Origin: Candidatus Iainarchaeum sp. | GTDB lineage: Archaea > Iainarchaeota > Iainarchaeia > Iainarchaeales > GCA-2688035 | Reading direction: 5' to 3' | Length of the DNA: 64,000 nucleotides | NCBI GenBank assembly: GCA_002688035.1 | Contig: NZBU01000009.1 | Location: forward strand, 25,929 to 89,928 | Part shown: piece by piece, positions 1 through 9,398 of the stretch | How positions within the stretch are numbered: position 1 is the first letter of the stretch | Layout of the letters: each line of letters opens with the position of its first letter | Notes under the pieces: model-generated | Told to the model about the DNA's origin: nothing | Databases searched by the model: none | What the model saw: the letters and a program-made list of their open reading frames with translations, nothing else | Made by a program: the position numbers and the translations under genes

Positions 1-933
1 GTTACCCACTGCCCACTCAATGTCCTGTGGAGACTTGTAGTGCCGCTCAATCTGTTTTCCAATCTTGGCTATGTCAATTATCTGTTTGTCTGTAAGCTTC
101 TGTTTCTTTCCCATTGTCGCGGAAAGCTTTTCGCGGATATTCTCCTTGCCTTTTCTCACAATCTTGAATTCCTGCTGTGCAACTCTCTTGTCCAATAGTT
201 TTGTGCTGCCCTTATCTATAAAGTAAGTATCAGGTGTAACTGCTCCGCTCACAACAGTCTCACCCAAACCAAATGCCGCCTCTATAACTATTTGGCTTTC
301 ATCCCCTGTTGGAGAAGCAGTGAACATTACTCCTGCAACAGCACTGTCAACCATCTTCTGCACTACGGCTGAGATTCCAACCGTTTCTGTTGAAAAACCC
401 TGTTTTTTCCTGTAGTAAACTGCGCGAGCAGTAAAAAGTGAAGCCCAACAGTTTTGCACGGCCGTTACAACATTCCCCTGCCCCTTCACATTCAAATAGG
501 TTTCCTGTTGACCTGCAAAACTTGCTTCCGGCAAATCCTCTGCGGTAGCACTGCTTCTAATAGCTACATAGCATTCCTCACTGCTCGTTAGCCAAGCAAG
601 CTTTTTCTCTCCAAGCTGTTGGTAGGCGCGCTTTATCTCAATGGCCAAATCATCACTCATCAGAGTGTTCCTGATGATCTCACGAACCTCTGCGCTAACC
701 TTGTTTAATTGTTCAGTGTTCTCAACATCAATAGCATCAATCATTGGTATTATTTTCTTGCCAAGTCCGCTTTCTTCCAAATAGTTAAAATAGGCCTGCG
801 CTGTAACACAGAAACCTGGCGGAATGGGAAAATTGGCTGCAGTCATCTCTCCAAGGTTGGCTCCTTTTCCCCCAACTCTTGGAATATCCTTTTTACGGAT
901 ATTTCTAAACCACAGAATATTATCTTCAAACAT
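1..933 (-). CDS. ppsA: Phosphoenolpyruvate synthase, N-terminal part (runs off window start)
   Basis: Manual translation from ATG at 933: MFEDNILWF...VGGKGANLGEM...PIPPGF...VAIRSSATAEDLPEASFAGQQETYLNV; missing from the ORF track because it is truncated. Confidence 0.95.
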   Translation of the reverse strand, partial: MFEDNILWFRNIRKKDIPRVGGKGANLGEMTAANFPIPPGFCVTAQAYFNYLEESGLGKKIIPMIDAIDVENTEQLNKVSAEVREIIRNTLMSDDLAIEIKRAYQQLGEKKLAWLTSSEECYVAIRSSATAEDLPEASFAGQQETYLNVKGQGNVVTAVQNCWASLFTARAVYYRKKQGFSTETVGISAVVQKMVDSAVAGVMFTASPTGDESQIVIEAAFGLGETVVSGAVTPDTYFIDKGSTKLLDKRVAQQEFKIVRKGKENIREKLSATMGKKQKLTDKQIIDIAKIGKQIERHYKSPQDIEWAVGN

Positions 934-1003
934 TTCGTAAAGAAAAACGTGTTTATTCTTTAATAATTTAACGCATTCAAAAAATTGGAGTGGCAAAAAA
1001 GAA

Positions 1004-1708
1004 CTATTTCTTTTTCTCTTCGCCTTTGGCTTCTTCTTTCTTGCCCTTGTCTTCCGTTACTTCTTCTTTACCTTCTTCCGTTGCTTTCTCTTCGCCCTCT
1101 TTTCCTTCTACCTTCTCTTCTTCCTTAGGCTTTTCCTCAATCTTGACTTCCTTAACTCTCTTTGGTTTGGTTCCAATGCTTTCAATATCGGTTCCAATCT
1201 TAACAGAGATATTACAGGTTAGTCTTGATTTGGCGCGAAGCAGAGCTTCTTTTGCAATAGTTACATTTGCTTCATCAATAAGAACACTAATAAGCTTTTG
1301 GCCAGGCCTAACTCTTGCAGCCCTTCCAATTGGTTTTCCAAAGGCCTTTGACATTCCTGTCTGGATTCTGTCTGCGTGTGCTCCCTGAGCCTGTTTGTTC
1401 TCTCGCAGGATCTGGAAAGGGTAAATACGAATTTTCATAAAATAGCCGTCTTTTCCAACGTGGTTGGTAAGGTAACGGTTTATTGCGATTCTTGCAGACT
1501 CAATGCTGTTGTCGCGAACCTGAACATGTTCGTTGGAAACAAGATCAAGAATATGTGTAAAGTTCTTCGCAGGATTTCCCATGTTAAACTGTCTGGTCCT
1601 TAGACCTGGAACAGCGCCAATATAGTTACGCCTATGCACCCTTACGGCTGTTCTAGAGTATGCTCTGTCCTTCTTTGTCCTATAGCATCTTCCTGGCCGT
1701 AAACCCAT
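1004..1708 (-). CDS. rpl10e: 50S ribosomal protein uL16 (L10e) with acidic/Lys-rich C-terminal tail
   Basis: MGLRPGRCYR, ILRENKQAQGAHADRIQTGMSKAFGKPIGRAARV; start moved to the ATG at 1708. Confidence 0.95.
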   Translation of the reverse strand: MGLRPGRCYRTKKDRAYSRTAVRVHRRNYIGAVPGLRTRQFNMGNPAKNFTHILDLVSNEHVQVRDNSIESARIAINRYLTNHVGKDGYFMKIRIYPFQILRENKQAQGAHADRIQTGMSKAFGKPIGRAARVRPGQKLISVLIDEANVTIAKEALLRAKSRLTCNISVKIGTDIESIGTKPKRVKEVKIEEKPKEEEKVEGKEGEEKATEEGKEEVTEDKGKKEEAKGEEKKK

Positions 1709-1860
1709 GCAAATCACTCTTTTTGATAAAAAAACCTGAAAATCAGGACGATTTATACTATCAATAGTGGCGGTTAAGATTTAAAAAGCTTTATCTAGCC
1801 CTGTTTTTTTACTAATGATTCAGTGTAGTTTAAAAACATTGATTGCAAGCATTTAATAGT

Positions 1861-2490
1861 ATGTTCAACAAAAAAGCCATTCTAGGTTTTCTTCTACTGT
1901 TGTTGCTGTTTGGTTGTGTACAACCAGGCCCTGAGCCGGAGCAGCCATTGCCCCAAGATACTGAGCAAGTTCAAGACCAGGAAGACCTAGAGCCAGAGCC
2001 TACTCTCGTTCGCGGCAGGGCCGAAGACCTCATTCTCTCGCTGGACGATTTTGACGAAGAATTCAAGTTCTCGCAGTTTGAAGGTGCCTACTCCGAGGAC
2101 AGCACTTTTATCCAGCAGTTCAAGACATTCTTCAAGCCACAGGCCTACCCAATAAAGCCCCTTGACGAGAATACCTTTGTTTTAACGCAAACTCTTACAA
2201 TAATAAACAGTTCAAGTGCAATTCAGGAGATTACACAGTTGTATGAAACCGAGCTTTCTACAGAAAAAGAAAAGCGCACTATCACAATTTCCGAAACCAA
2301 TTTTTTAGGCGAAAAATCGATCCTCATGGTCTCAATCCTTGAGGGAAATGACCTATATAAAGTTCTTATAATAGAGGCAAACACTTTGCATGAGCTCTCA
2401 CTTCTAACAATTGGAATGGATGAAGAGCAGGCAAAAGAAAAACTCAAATTTTACTCACAAAAGGCAGTTGAAAAAATAAAAGCGGGGTGA
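1861..2490 (+). CDS. Predicted lipoprotein, function unknown
   Basis: MFNKKAILGFLLLLLLFGC lipobox-type signal followed by a Pro/Glu/Gln linker. Confidence 0.75.
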   Translation: MFNKKAILGFLLLLLLFGCVQPGPEPEQPLPQDTEQVQDQEDLEPEPTLVRGRAEDLILSLDDFDEEFKFSQFEGAYSEDSTFIQQFKTFFKPQAYPIKPLDENTFVLTQTLTIINSSSAIQEITQLYETELSTEKEKRTITISETNFLGEKSILMVSILEGNDLYKVLIIEANTLHELSLLTIGMDEEQAKEKLKFYSQKAVEKIKAG

Positions 2491-2551
2491 GGGAATTGAA
2501 CCCTCTTCCTCGGCTCTGCAGGCCGGCGCATAACCATTCTGCCAACCCCGC
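2481..2551 (-). tRNA. tRNA-Cys (GCA)
   Basis: Cloverleaf GCGGGGT...ACCCCGC-T, anticodon loop CT-GCA-GA, T-loop GGTTCAATTCC; CCA not encoded. Confidence 0.95.
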
Positions 2552-2677
2552 ACACCTTTTCTTTTTAGACAAAAAGAAAAGCTGTACCAAAAGAAAAACT
2601 TACTGAATCCTTATCGAATTTCTTTTGGATGCGTACTAAATAAATTTTTCCCTGCAAGTGTTTTTATTTGTTCCCAT

Positions 2678-2905
2678 TCAAGCGCAAGCTAGACAAAGTG
2701 CATCACCTAACTCAAACTCTTTTTGCCGTAAATCACCCCAAACAATTCTCTCGCGCACAAGCCCTTGCTCAAGCAACTTTGAAAGGTTGTAGCGAACTGT
2801 TCTCTCGGGAACTTGGCTATGCTGCACAATCTGTTTCTGAGATAGTTTCCCATGGCTGTTCAAAACACTTAGAATAAGTTCACTGGCCTTGACAAAGGCG
2901 CTCAC
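2678..2905 (-). CDS. Small winged-helix DNA-binding protein
   Basis: ILSVLNSHGKLSQKQIV...PERTVRYNLSKLLEQGLV wHTH pattern. Confidence 0.8.
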   Translation of the reverse strand: MSAFVKASELILSVLNSHGKLSQKQIVQHSQVPERTVRYNLSKLLEQGLVRERIVWGDLRQKEFELGDALCLACA

Positions 2906-2952
2906 TTCTTTCAGCCATAATTACTTAATGCTTGCTTTTCCTTAAATACTTT

Positions 2953-3867
2953 ATGGTAGAGGCAATTCCAAAGAACACCAACTGCCTACTCGTAAAGACA
3001 AGCAGCGAAATAGCTCTCAAGAGCAATCAGGTTAGACAGTACTTTACAAAAAAGCTTGTTGCAAACATCAAGCTCTCCCTTAAGAAAAACAATATTCCTT
3101 TGGAGAAAATTACCAAGGGTGGAGGCCGCCTATATATTTTCTCTCCAGATCTCCAAGCCGTTGCCAAGATAATGCAGACTCTTGTAGGAGTTCACGCAAT
3201 AGCCCTTGCGGTAAGTACAAAATTCAAAGAACATGAGGAAATAGAAAAACTGGTTGTTGAGGAAGCAAAACAATATCTCAAAAAAGGAGATTCTTTTGCA
3301 CTGCGCGCAAAAAAGTCGGTTGAAGGTCCTCCTTCCTCAAAGCATTATGAGAACACGCTTGGTCAAGCAGTAATGGATTCAATCCAAGGTTTAATAGTGA
3401 ATCTTTCAAAACCAGAGAAACAAATTTTTATTGAAGTGCGTAAGCGCGACTTCTTTGTTTACTTTTCCAATATCCCCTGCCTACGTGGTCTGCCACTTGG
3501 AGTGGAAGGAAACGCATCATTTTTTTTTGAGGGAAAAAAAGAAGAGCTGCCAGCAGCATACCTCTTGCTCTACAGGGGCTGCAACATCTTTCCAGTCGTA
3601 GAGAAGAAGAGAGCAAAGCTTGAAGCACACATCAACAAGCTTGTTCCCTACAACTCTTATCGTGGCTTTGTTATAACAGAACAAAAGGACTCCCAAAAAC
3701 TTGTTGAGGAGAGAAAAATCCAAGCAATTGGAACAGCGGATTCAGGCACAACCGAAAAGGATTTTACAGAATATAAAAAATTCGACTCAAACCATCCGGA
3801 AGTTGTCCTAAGGCCACTACTCCTTTATCCAAAAGAACTAATCCAAGAGAAGCAAAAACTATTCTAG
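2953..3867 (+). CDS. ThiI-like NFLD+THUMP protein with degenerate PP-loop domain
   Basis: SEIALKS N-terminus, THUMP (SFALRAKK...VNLSKPEKQIFIEVR), GLPLGVEG and VLRPLL retained, but no SGGxDS. Confidence 0.85.
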   Translation: MVEAIPKNTNCLLVKTSSEIALKSNQVRQYFTKKLVANIKLSLKKNNIPLEKITKGGGRLYIFSPDLQAVAKIMQTLVGVHAIALAVSTKFKEHEEIEKLVVEEAKQYLKKGDSFALRAKKSVEGPPSSKHYENTLGQAVMDSIQGLIVNLSKPEKQIFIEVRKRDFFVYFSNIPCLRGLPLGVEGNASFFFEGKKEELPAAYLLLYRGCNIFPVVEKKRAKLEAHINKLVPYNSYRGFVITEQKDSQKLVEERKIQAIGTADSGTTEKDFTEYKKFDSNHPEVVLRPLLLYPKELIQEKQKLF

Positions 3868-4307
3868 CCGCTTACAAGAATTCCGCCAACAACTATTAGA
3901 ATTGCGCCAACTATAACCTTTAACCTGACGTCTCCTGCCGGAACCTCTTTCAACAAAATCATTCCAAGTGCAACAGCCACCAGAGTATTGGTGTTGAAGA
4001 TTGGTGTTAATCTTGCAACATCAGCGTTGTTCAACAAGGCAAAGATAACAAATAATTGTCCTATTCCCCAAAGAATTCCCGCGAGCAAGGATAGGCCGAT
4101 GGTTGTGGGGTTTGCTTTAAGATCTGGATTTGTGAATAGCATTGCAATTGCAAATACCCCAAGAATCCCTAGTGCCATGAGTACCAGCATTAGGAAAGGA
4201 TCCATTCCTTTTCCCAGCGTAATCTTGTTTAGCACTACAATGCTTCCAAAACTCAGGGAAGCTAAAATTCCATAGATTATCCAAAGTTCCATTGCCATCC
4301 ACTTCAT
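3864..4307 (-). CDS. EamA/DMT family transporter (single domain)
   Basis: About 5 TM helices, ending LLKE...KVIVGAILIVVGGILV. Confidence 0.85.
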   Translation of the reverse strand: MKWMAMELWIIYGILASLSFGSIVVLNKITLGKGMDPFLMLVLMALGILGVFAIAMLFTNPDLKANPTTIGLSLLAGILWGIGQLFVIFALLNNADVARLTPIFNTNTLVAVALGMILLKEVPAGDVRLKVIVGAILIVVGGILVSG

Positions 4308-4349
4308 TTATTAATTCTTAAACTATTTAACTCTATTGGGGTAAGAAGA

Positions 4350-5009
4350 TTGAAAATAGATCTGCATGTTCACAGTCAGTACAGCAAGGATGCTTTAAGC
4401 AAGCCGGAAAGTATAATTCGGGAAATCAAAAACAAGGGGCTTTCCGGAATTGCCATTACCGATCACAATACTGTTGATGCTTGGTCAAAACTCATTCCCC
4501 TCGCAAAGAAGGCTGGTGCGCTTGTTGTAAAAGGAGAGGAACTTAAAGTGCAGGAACAGGGCCAAACAATTGGCGAGCTCTCAGCACTCTTTTTACAAGA
4601 AGAAATAACTGTAATAGATTTTACTGAAATTGTTGATGAGGCAAAGGCACAGGATGCACTGCTCATAATTCAGCACCCCTTTGATTTGTTCCGCCACTAC
4701 TGGAAGCGCCCCGAATACTGGGAAAAGCTTAGTGGGATAGAAGCATTCAACTCACGTTGCATTTTAAATTCCTGGAACAAGAAAGCAATGGCTTTTGCCC
4801 GCGAACACAATTTTCCCGTAACTGCAGGAAGCGATGCCCACACTCCACAGGAAATAGGTCGCGCCTTTGTGGAGTGTGATGCACAAAACGAGGAAGAGCT
4901 TAGAAAAGCAATTATCAAAAAAGAAGTACATATTGCAGGAAAACTTTCCTCTCCACTAATCCACGCTTATTCTACTATAGCAAAACTTAATCTAATGCGA
5001 CCCTTCTAG
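4350..5009 (+). CDS. PHP-domain metal-dependent phosphoesterase
   Basis: DLHVHS, AITDHN, HPF, AGSDAH motifs. Confidence 0.92.
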   Translation: MKIDLHVHSQYSKDALSKPESIIREIKNKGLSGIAITDHNTVDAWSKLIPLAKKAGALVVKGEELKVQEQGQTIGELSALFLQEEITVIDFTEIVDEAKAQDALLIIQHPFDLFRHYWKRPEYWEKLSGIEAFNSRCILNSWNKKAMAFAREHNFPVTAGSDAHTPQEIGRAFVECDAQNEEELRKAIIKKEVHIAGKLSSPLIHAYSTIAKLNLMRPF

Positions 5010-5629
5010 GTTGCCAAACCCTTTGCAATTAAAATCCTCTGGATTGCGGAAAGATTTGTGAGAACAGCCAGACCTGCAACAACATAAATCAAGTAAAGTG
5101 GGTTTAGTGCGGCTAAAAGAATTCCAACAAAAAGGATTAGTAGTCGCTCGGCTCTTTCAAGTAACCCACCCTTTAATTCTTGCCCTTCCGGGACCAATTC
5201 CTTTTCTTTTGCAGCGGCTTTTACATAAGTGGTCATCATGCTGCCAAAAAGATAGAGGAAAATCCAGGCATATGCTGGAACGAAAACTTCGGGCAATTGT
5301 ACAAACAAGAGCCCAAAAACAATTATCACTTCAACGTAACGATCAACAATTGTGTCAAGGTATGCTCCAAATCTGCTAACAGTGCTTGTGACCCTTGCAA
5401 CAGAGCCGTCAATCAAATCTATAAAAGCGGAAACAATGAAGAAAGCCCCTGCTAACAGGAATTGTTCCTGTGTCAAATAGTACAGAGCAATAAAAGCAGG
5501 AACAAGGGAGAGCACTGTCCACTGGTTAGCGGAGAGCGGGAGTTTGCTGAAGGCAAGCCCTATTTTAACTGAGAGCTTGCCAAACCTCTCCCTCTGTTTG
5601 TAAAGTGTCATGGAATCATCTCTTTGCAA
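5006..5629 (-). CDS. CDP-alcohol phosphatidyltransferase (probable archaetidylinositol phosphate synthase)
   Basis: DLIDGSVAR...FGAYLDTIVDR motif and GLLERAER; close to ino1 and co-oriented with it. Confidence 0.88.
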   Translation of the reverse strand: MQRDDSMTLYKQRERFGKLSVKIGLAFSKLPLSANQWTVLSLVPAFIALYYLTQEQFLLAGAFFIVSAFIDLIDGSVARVTSTVSRFGAYLDTIVDRYVEVIIVFGLLFVQLPEVFVPAYAWIFLYLFGSMMTTYVKAAAKEKELVPEGQELKGGLLERAERLLILFVGILLAALNPLYLIYVVAGLAVLTNLSAIQRILIAKGLAT

Positions 5630-5651
5630 TAATTGTGATTCATTGTTTTTA

Positions 5652-5721
5652 AATTAATAGTGGAAATTCTATTGAAGTAATTAATACTGGAAATACACTC
5701 TCTTTGCAAGTGGCTTTAAAA
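5652..5721 (+). promoter_or_regulatory. Direct repeat AATTAATA(G/C)TGGAAAT x2 (27-bp period) followed by TATA box
   Basis: Copies at 5652-5667 and 5679-5694; TTTAAAA at 5715; same layout upstream of mcm. Confidence 0.65.
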
Positions 5722-5759
5722 GGCAAGAGCGAACTCTTAGTGGTGAGAGCATACTTGTT

Positions 5760-6545
5760 TTGAATGAGAGTCGATTTATAGCAAGTTACGCCAGGCAGGG
5801 ATCAGCTAAAAATGCTTTAGATAACATTAATTGGTTACCGTTGGTTAAAACAAAAGAACTAGCGGAGTTAGTGGGCTACGTTTTTGCTGACGGATCAGTC
5901 GAACATTCTTATGACAAAATAAAAATAAGGCCAAAGGGGGCAGATTTCATTTCAGACAGCTCTGTTCTGAGAAACAGAGTTCGTTTTCTCTTTAACACTG
6001 TTTTTAATGTTGAGCCTAAAGACCATTTATTTAGAAATACAAAAGGATTGAGACTAAGAAATGCCGCGGCTGCGAGAGCATTATGGTTATTGGGAATTCC
6101 AATGGGGCGGAAGGTCTCGCAGTATTATAATGTTCCCGGTTGGATAAAGATTGCTAACAAGGAAATCAAAAGCGCTTTTATAAAAGCTTATTTTGATTGT
6201 GATGCGAGTAAACCGTATAAGCTTTTCAAAAAGAAAGCGACTTTTGGCATACGCCTTACAGTAAATAAGGAGGAGGAAAAAGTGTCTAATGGGCTAGTTT
6301 TTTTAAATGCAATAAAAGAGATGCTACAAGAGTTTGAAGTGGTGTGCAATGGACCGTATGTTAGAAAATCAAAAATTTATATAAACAAAAAAGGGGTGAA
6401 AACCATTATGCTAGAATTGCTTGTTCAACGCCAACAAGCGTTTCTAAACTATTTCAAGCACATTGGTTTCACCGAACCTTCTAAAAAAGAAAAAATAAAG
6501 GAATATGCGAAAGTGATAATCTCCAATACTAATTATCGATTATAA
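5760..6545 (+). CDS. Free-standing two-motif LAGLIDADG endonuclease-like protein
   Basis: LAELVGYVFADGS and FIKAYFDCDAS motifs, C-terminal YFKHIGF..K; no Hint domain. Confidence 0.85.
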   Translation: MNESRFIASYARQGSAKNALDNINWLPLVKTKELAELVGYVFADGSVEHSYDKIKIRPKGADFISDSSVLRNRVRFLFNTVFNVEPKDHLFRNTKGLRLRNAAAARALWLLGIPMGRKVSQYYNVPGWIKIANKEIKSAFIKAYFDCDASKPYKLFKKKATFGIRLTVNKEEEKVSNGLVFLNAIKEMLQEFEVVCNGPYVRKSKIYINKKGVKTIMLELLVQRQQAFLNYFKHIGFTEPSKKEKIKEYAKVIISNTNYRL

Positions 6546-7652
6546 CTATCTTTCGCGTTTGCCTACAATAAATTCCTCTACCATTTCCCTTGCTATTGGG
6601 TCTGGATATTGTTCTTTTGGATGTTTCATTGTCCACGCTGAGATTGATGTAATGGCGCCTGAAACCCCTCTATCCAAAGCAATTTTCAATGCCCTGATTC
6701 CATCGATTGTGCATCCAGCGCTGTTTGGACTGTCTTCAACACTAAGTCTTACTTCGATGTTTACTGGAACATTTCCAAACTTCTCTCCCTCGATTCTACA
6801 GAAGCAAATCTTCTGATCTTTAATCCAAGGGATCCAGTCACTTGGTCCAATATGGATGTTATCGTCTGGTAGTGGTTCGGGCAAAACACTTTGCACGGCC
6901 TCTGTCTTTGAGATCTTCTTGAACTTTAGCCTATGGTGCCTCTTCATGTTCAAGAAGTCAGTGTTTCCACCAACATTCAACTGGTAGGTTCCATTAATTT
7001 TTACCCCCCTATCTGCAAACAGTTTTGCAAGAGTTCTGTGTGTAATTGTTGCACCAATCTGTGCCTTGATGTCATCTCCTGCACAAGGCAAACCCTTCTC
7101 AACAAACTTTTTCTCCCACTCAGCATTGCTCACAATGAAAACAGGCATGCAGTTTAGAAAAGCACAACCCGCATCCAATGCGGCTTGCGCATAGTGCTCT
7201 GTTGCCTCTTGACTTCCAACAGGCATGTAATTCATTAAAATTTCTGCACCTGAATCTTTCAAAACCTGTGTAACATCAACAGGCTTTTGGCTCTCGTCAA
7301 CTCTGAAAGACTGATCCTCAGGATACTCAGCCATGTGTTCAGCAACTCCGTCCAAAACAGGACCCTTCTGAACAACTACATCGCCCCACTTTGTAACTTC
7401 CTGAAAAATCTTTGTGTTGTTTGGTTTTTCCAAGATTGCTTTGTTCAAAGGCTTGCCGACTTTTCTTTTATCAACATCAAAAGCTGCGACAAACTCTATA
7501 TCGCTTACTTTATATCCTCCAAAAACATTGTGCATTAGGCCTGGGACAACTTCATCCCCTTCTCCAACATCTTTGTAGTATTCAACACCTTGAATCAAAC
7601 TGCTTGAACAGTTTCCGATTCCGGCGATTGCAACTTTAATTTTTCCTGGCAT
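6546..7652 (-). CDS. ino1: myo-inositol-1-phosphate synthase
   Basis: GIGNCSSSLIQG, YMPVGS, GDDIKAQIGAT, QLNVGGNTDFLN, DSPNSAG. Confidence 0.96.
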   Translation of the reverse strand: MPGKIKVAIAGIGNCSSSLIQGVEYYKDVGEGDEVVPGLMHNVFGGYKVSDIEFVAAFDVDKRKVGKPLNKAILEKPNNTKIFQEVTKWGDVVVQKGPVLDGVAEHMAEYPEDQSFRVDESQKPVDVTQVLKDSGAEILMNYMPVGSQEATEHYAQAALDAGCAFLNCMPVFIVSNAEWEKKFVEKGLPCAGDDIKAQIGATITHRTLAKLFADRGVKINGTYQLNVGGNTDFLNMKRHHRLKFKKISKTEAVQSVLPEPLPDDNIHIGPSDWIPWIKDQKICFCRIEGEKFGNVPVNIEVRLSVEDSPNSAGCTIDGIRALKIALDRGVSGAITSISAWTMKHPKEQYPDPIAREMVEEFIVGKRER

Positions 7653-7684
7653 TATATCATCACTCCCAAATCATTTTTTTTGAT

Positions 7685-7705
7685 GAAACTTTTCGGAAAA
7701 GTTTC
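7685..7705. repeat. Perfect inverted repeat GAAACTTTTC-G-GAAAAGTTTC between ino1 and the PadR gene
   Basis: 10-bp arms seen directly. Confidence 0.7.
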
Positions 7706-7770
7706 CAAATGTTTTACTACTGTAAAATAGTATTTTATGCTTATAAAACTTTCGCCCTTATGTATAAAAC

Positions 7771-8091
7771 ATGGCGGTTAAGGAAAGTAGAGAAATTGTA
7801 AGGCTGCGAGAAAAACTGGGCATTAAAGTGCTCTGGGTATATATTCTGTCCTTACTCAACAAGGCTCCAAGTCATGCTTATATTCTGCGAAATAAAATTG
7901 AGGAACGCTTTGGTTTTAGAACAGGAAATGTTACTGTTTATGTTGTGCTCTACAAATTAGAGGGTAGAGGCTTTGTTACTGCAAAAAGAGAGAACAATCG
8001 CAAAGTCTATACTATAACTACCAGGGGCAAAACCTTGCTCAAAGAAGCCGAGAAAGAGTTTAAGGACAAGCAGAAGCTGATTTTCTCCTAA
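7771..8091 (+). CDS. PadR family transcriptional regulator
   Basis: ILSLL...HAY, GNVTVYVVLYKLEGRGFV, RKVYTITTRGK. Confidence 0.9.
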   Translation: MAVKESREIVRLREKLGIKVLWVYILSLLNKAPSHAYILRNKIEERFGFRTGNVTVYVVLYKLEGRGFVTAKRENNRKVYTITTRGKTLLKEAEKEFKDKQKLIFS

Positions 8092-8140
8092 GGCTACAAC
8101 AATTAAAATAACAACTAGCCATAATCTGCTTGGGTTGGAC

Positions 8141-9373
8141 ATGAAGGTAGCTATTCTCTCTGATTTTCATCTAGGATTTGGAGAAGGGACAGAGCGGGCG
8201 GAAGAAAGCTTTGAGCAAGCAGCATCGGCACTCAGGCTAGCACTTGACAATAACGCGGAACTAATTCTTCATACCGGGGATCTCTTTGATGAGGACATTC
8301 CTTCCCAAGAAACATGGGACAAAACATTCAAACTATTTTCAATCCTCAATGAGAAAAAGTCCGATGTCCTAGTTGTGAAAGAAAAGAAGGATGAGAAAAA
8401 AGAATTCCACTTTTCCCACTTACCATTAATCGCAATTCATGGAACACACGAGTATAGGGGCAAAGAACTCAAGAATGCACTTGAAGTACTTGAGTCAGCC
8501 GGCTTGCTCGTACACCTGCACGCCTGCACGGCAACAATTGGAAATTTGGTTGTTCATGGTTTGGGTGGAGTTCCAGAAAAGAAAGCGCTGGACGCACTTA
8601 AGATGTGGGGCCCAAAGCCTGTTGAAGGCAAGAAGAATGTTATACTCTTGCATCAAAGCATCAAAGAGTTCCTGCCGTTTGATGATGATATGATTGCAAC
8701 CATTTCCCTTGCCGATCTTCCTAATGGTTTTGATCTTGTTGTAAATGGACATTTACATTGGACTAGCGAACAGAACGTAGCTGCGGGTCGCTTTATCATG
8801 CCGGGCAGCACAATCATTACACAAATGAAGAGGCTTGAAGCAGAAAAAGGAAAAGGAATTTTTATATGGGATACAGAAGCAGATGCTCTTGAATTCCTGT
8901 CGATTCCGAATCAAAGAAAATTTTTCTACAAAAAGCTTGAGTTCAAAGAGGCTGAGCGCGATAAGATAAAAGCACGGGTTGAGAAAACCCTTGAGGAAAT
9001 TCTCGCACCAACATTTCCACAAAAACCATTAGTTAAAATAAAACTTGTCGGAAGCCTTGCCAAAGGGTTGCAGCAAGGAGACATTTCTCTCAAACAACAA
9101 ACGGAAAAATTTAAAGACAAGGCACTAATTTCTGTTTCAAGAAACTTTGAAGCAATTTCTTTTGCAAAAAAGCTTGAGGAACTTCGCTCACTTCAAAAGA
9201 GCCGCAAGAGTGTTACAGCCATGGGCTTAGATTTGCTGGAGAAAAATCTTTCACAAACCTCTTTTGGAAACGCGTTTGATCCACGCGACTTGTTTGAAAT
9301 GCTTGCAATTGGAAAGATTGATAAGGCAGTGGAAAAATTCCTAAACAATGCTCCAAAACGGGAAAAGGTTTAA
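8141..9373 (+). CDS. mre11: DNA repair nuclease Mre11
   Basis: SDFHLG, GDLFD, IHGTHE, LLHQ, GHLH, PGS metallophosphoesterase motifs. Confidence 0.88.
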   Translation: MKVAILSDFHLGFGEGTERAEESFEQAASALRLALDNNAELILHTGDLFDEDIPSQETWDKTFKLFSILNEKKSDVLVVKEKKDEKKEFHFSHLPLIAIHGTHEYRGKELKNALEVLESAGLLVHLHACTATIGNLVVHGLGGVPEKKALDALKMWGPKPVEGKKNVILLHQSIKEFLPFDDDMIATISLADLPNGFDLVVNGHLHWTSEQNVAAGRFIMPGSTIITQMKRLEAEKGKGIFIWDTEADALEFLSIPNQRKFFYKKLEFKEAERDKIKARVEKTLEEILAPTFPQKPLVKIKLVGSLAKGLQQGDISLKQQTEKFKDKALISVSRNFEAISFAKKLEELRSLQKSRKSVTAMGLDLLEKNLSQTSFGNAFDPRDLFEMLAIGKIDKAVEKFLNNAPKREKV

Positions 9374-9398
9374 AAGAACCATTTTCCTCTTGTATAAC

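Noticed and set aside
709-963. 84-aa plus-strand ORF
   Set aside because: Antisense to the clear ppsA frame
990-1388. Ser/Phe-rich antisense ORFs (also 23648..24271, 37936..38409, 47427..47900, 49051..49491)
   Set aside because: Shadows of real genes on the opposite strand
5760-6545. LAGLIDADG ORFs as inteins or intron-encoded proteins
   Set aside because: No Hint motifs or C-terminal HN, and flanking genes are complete; MCM and Top6 also lack inteins
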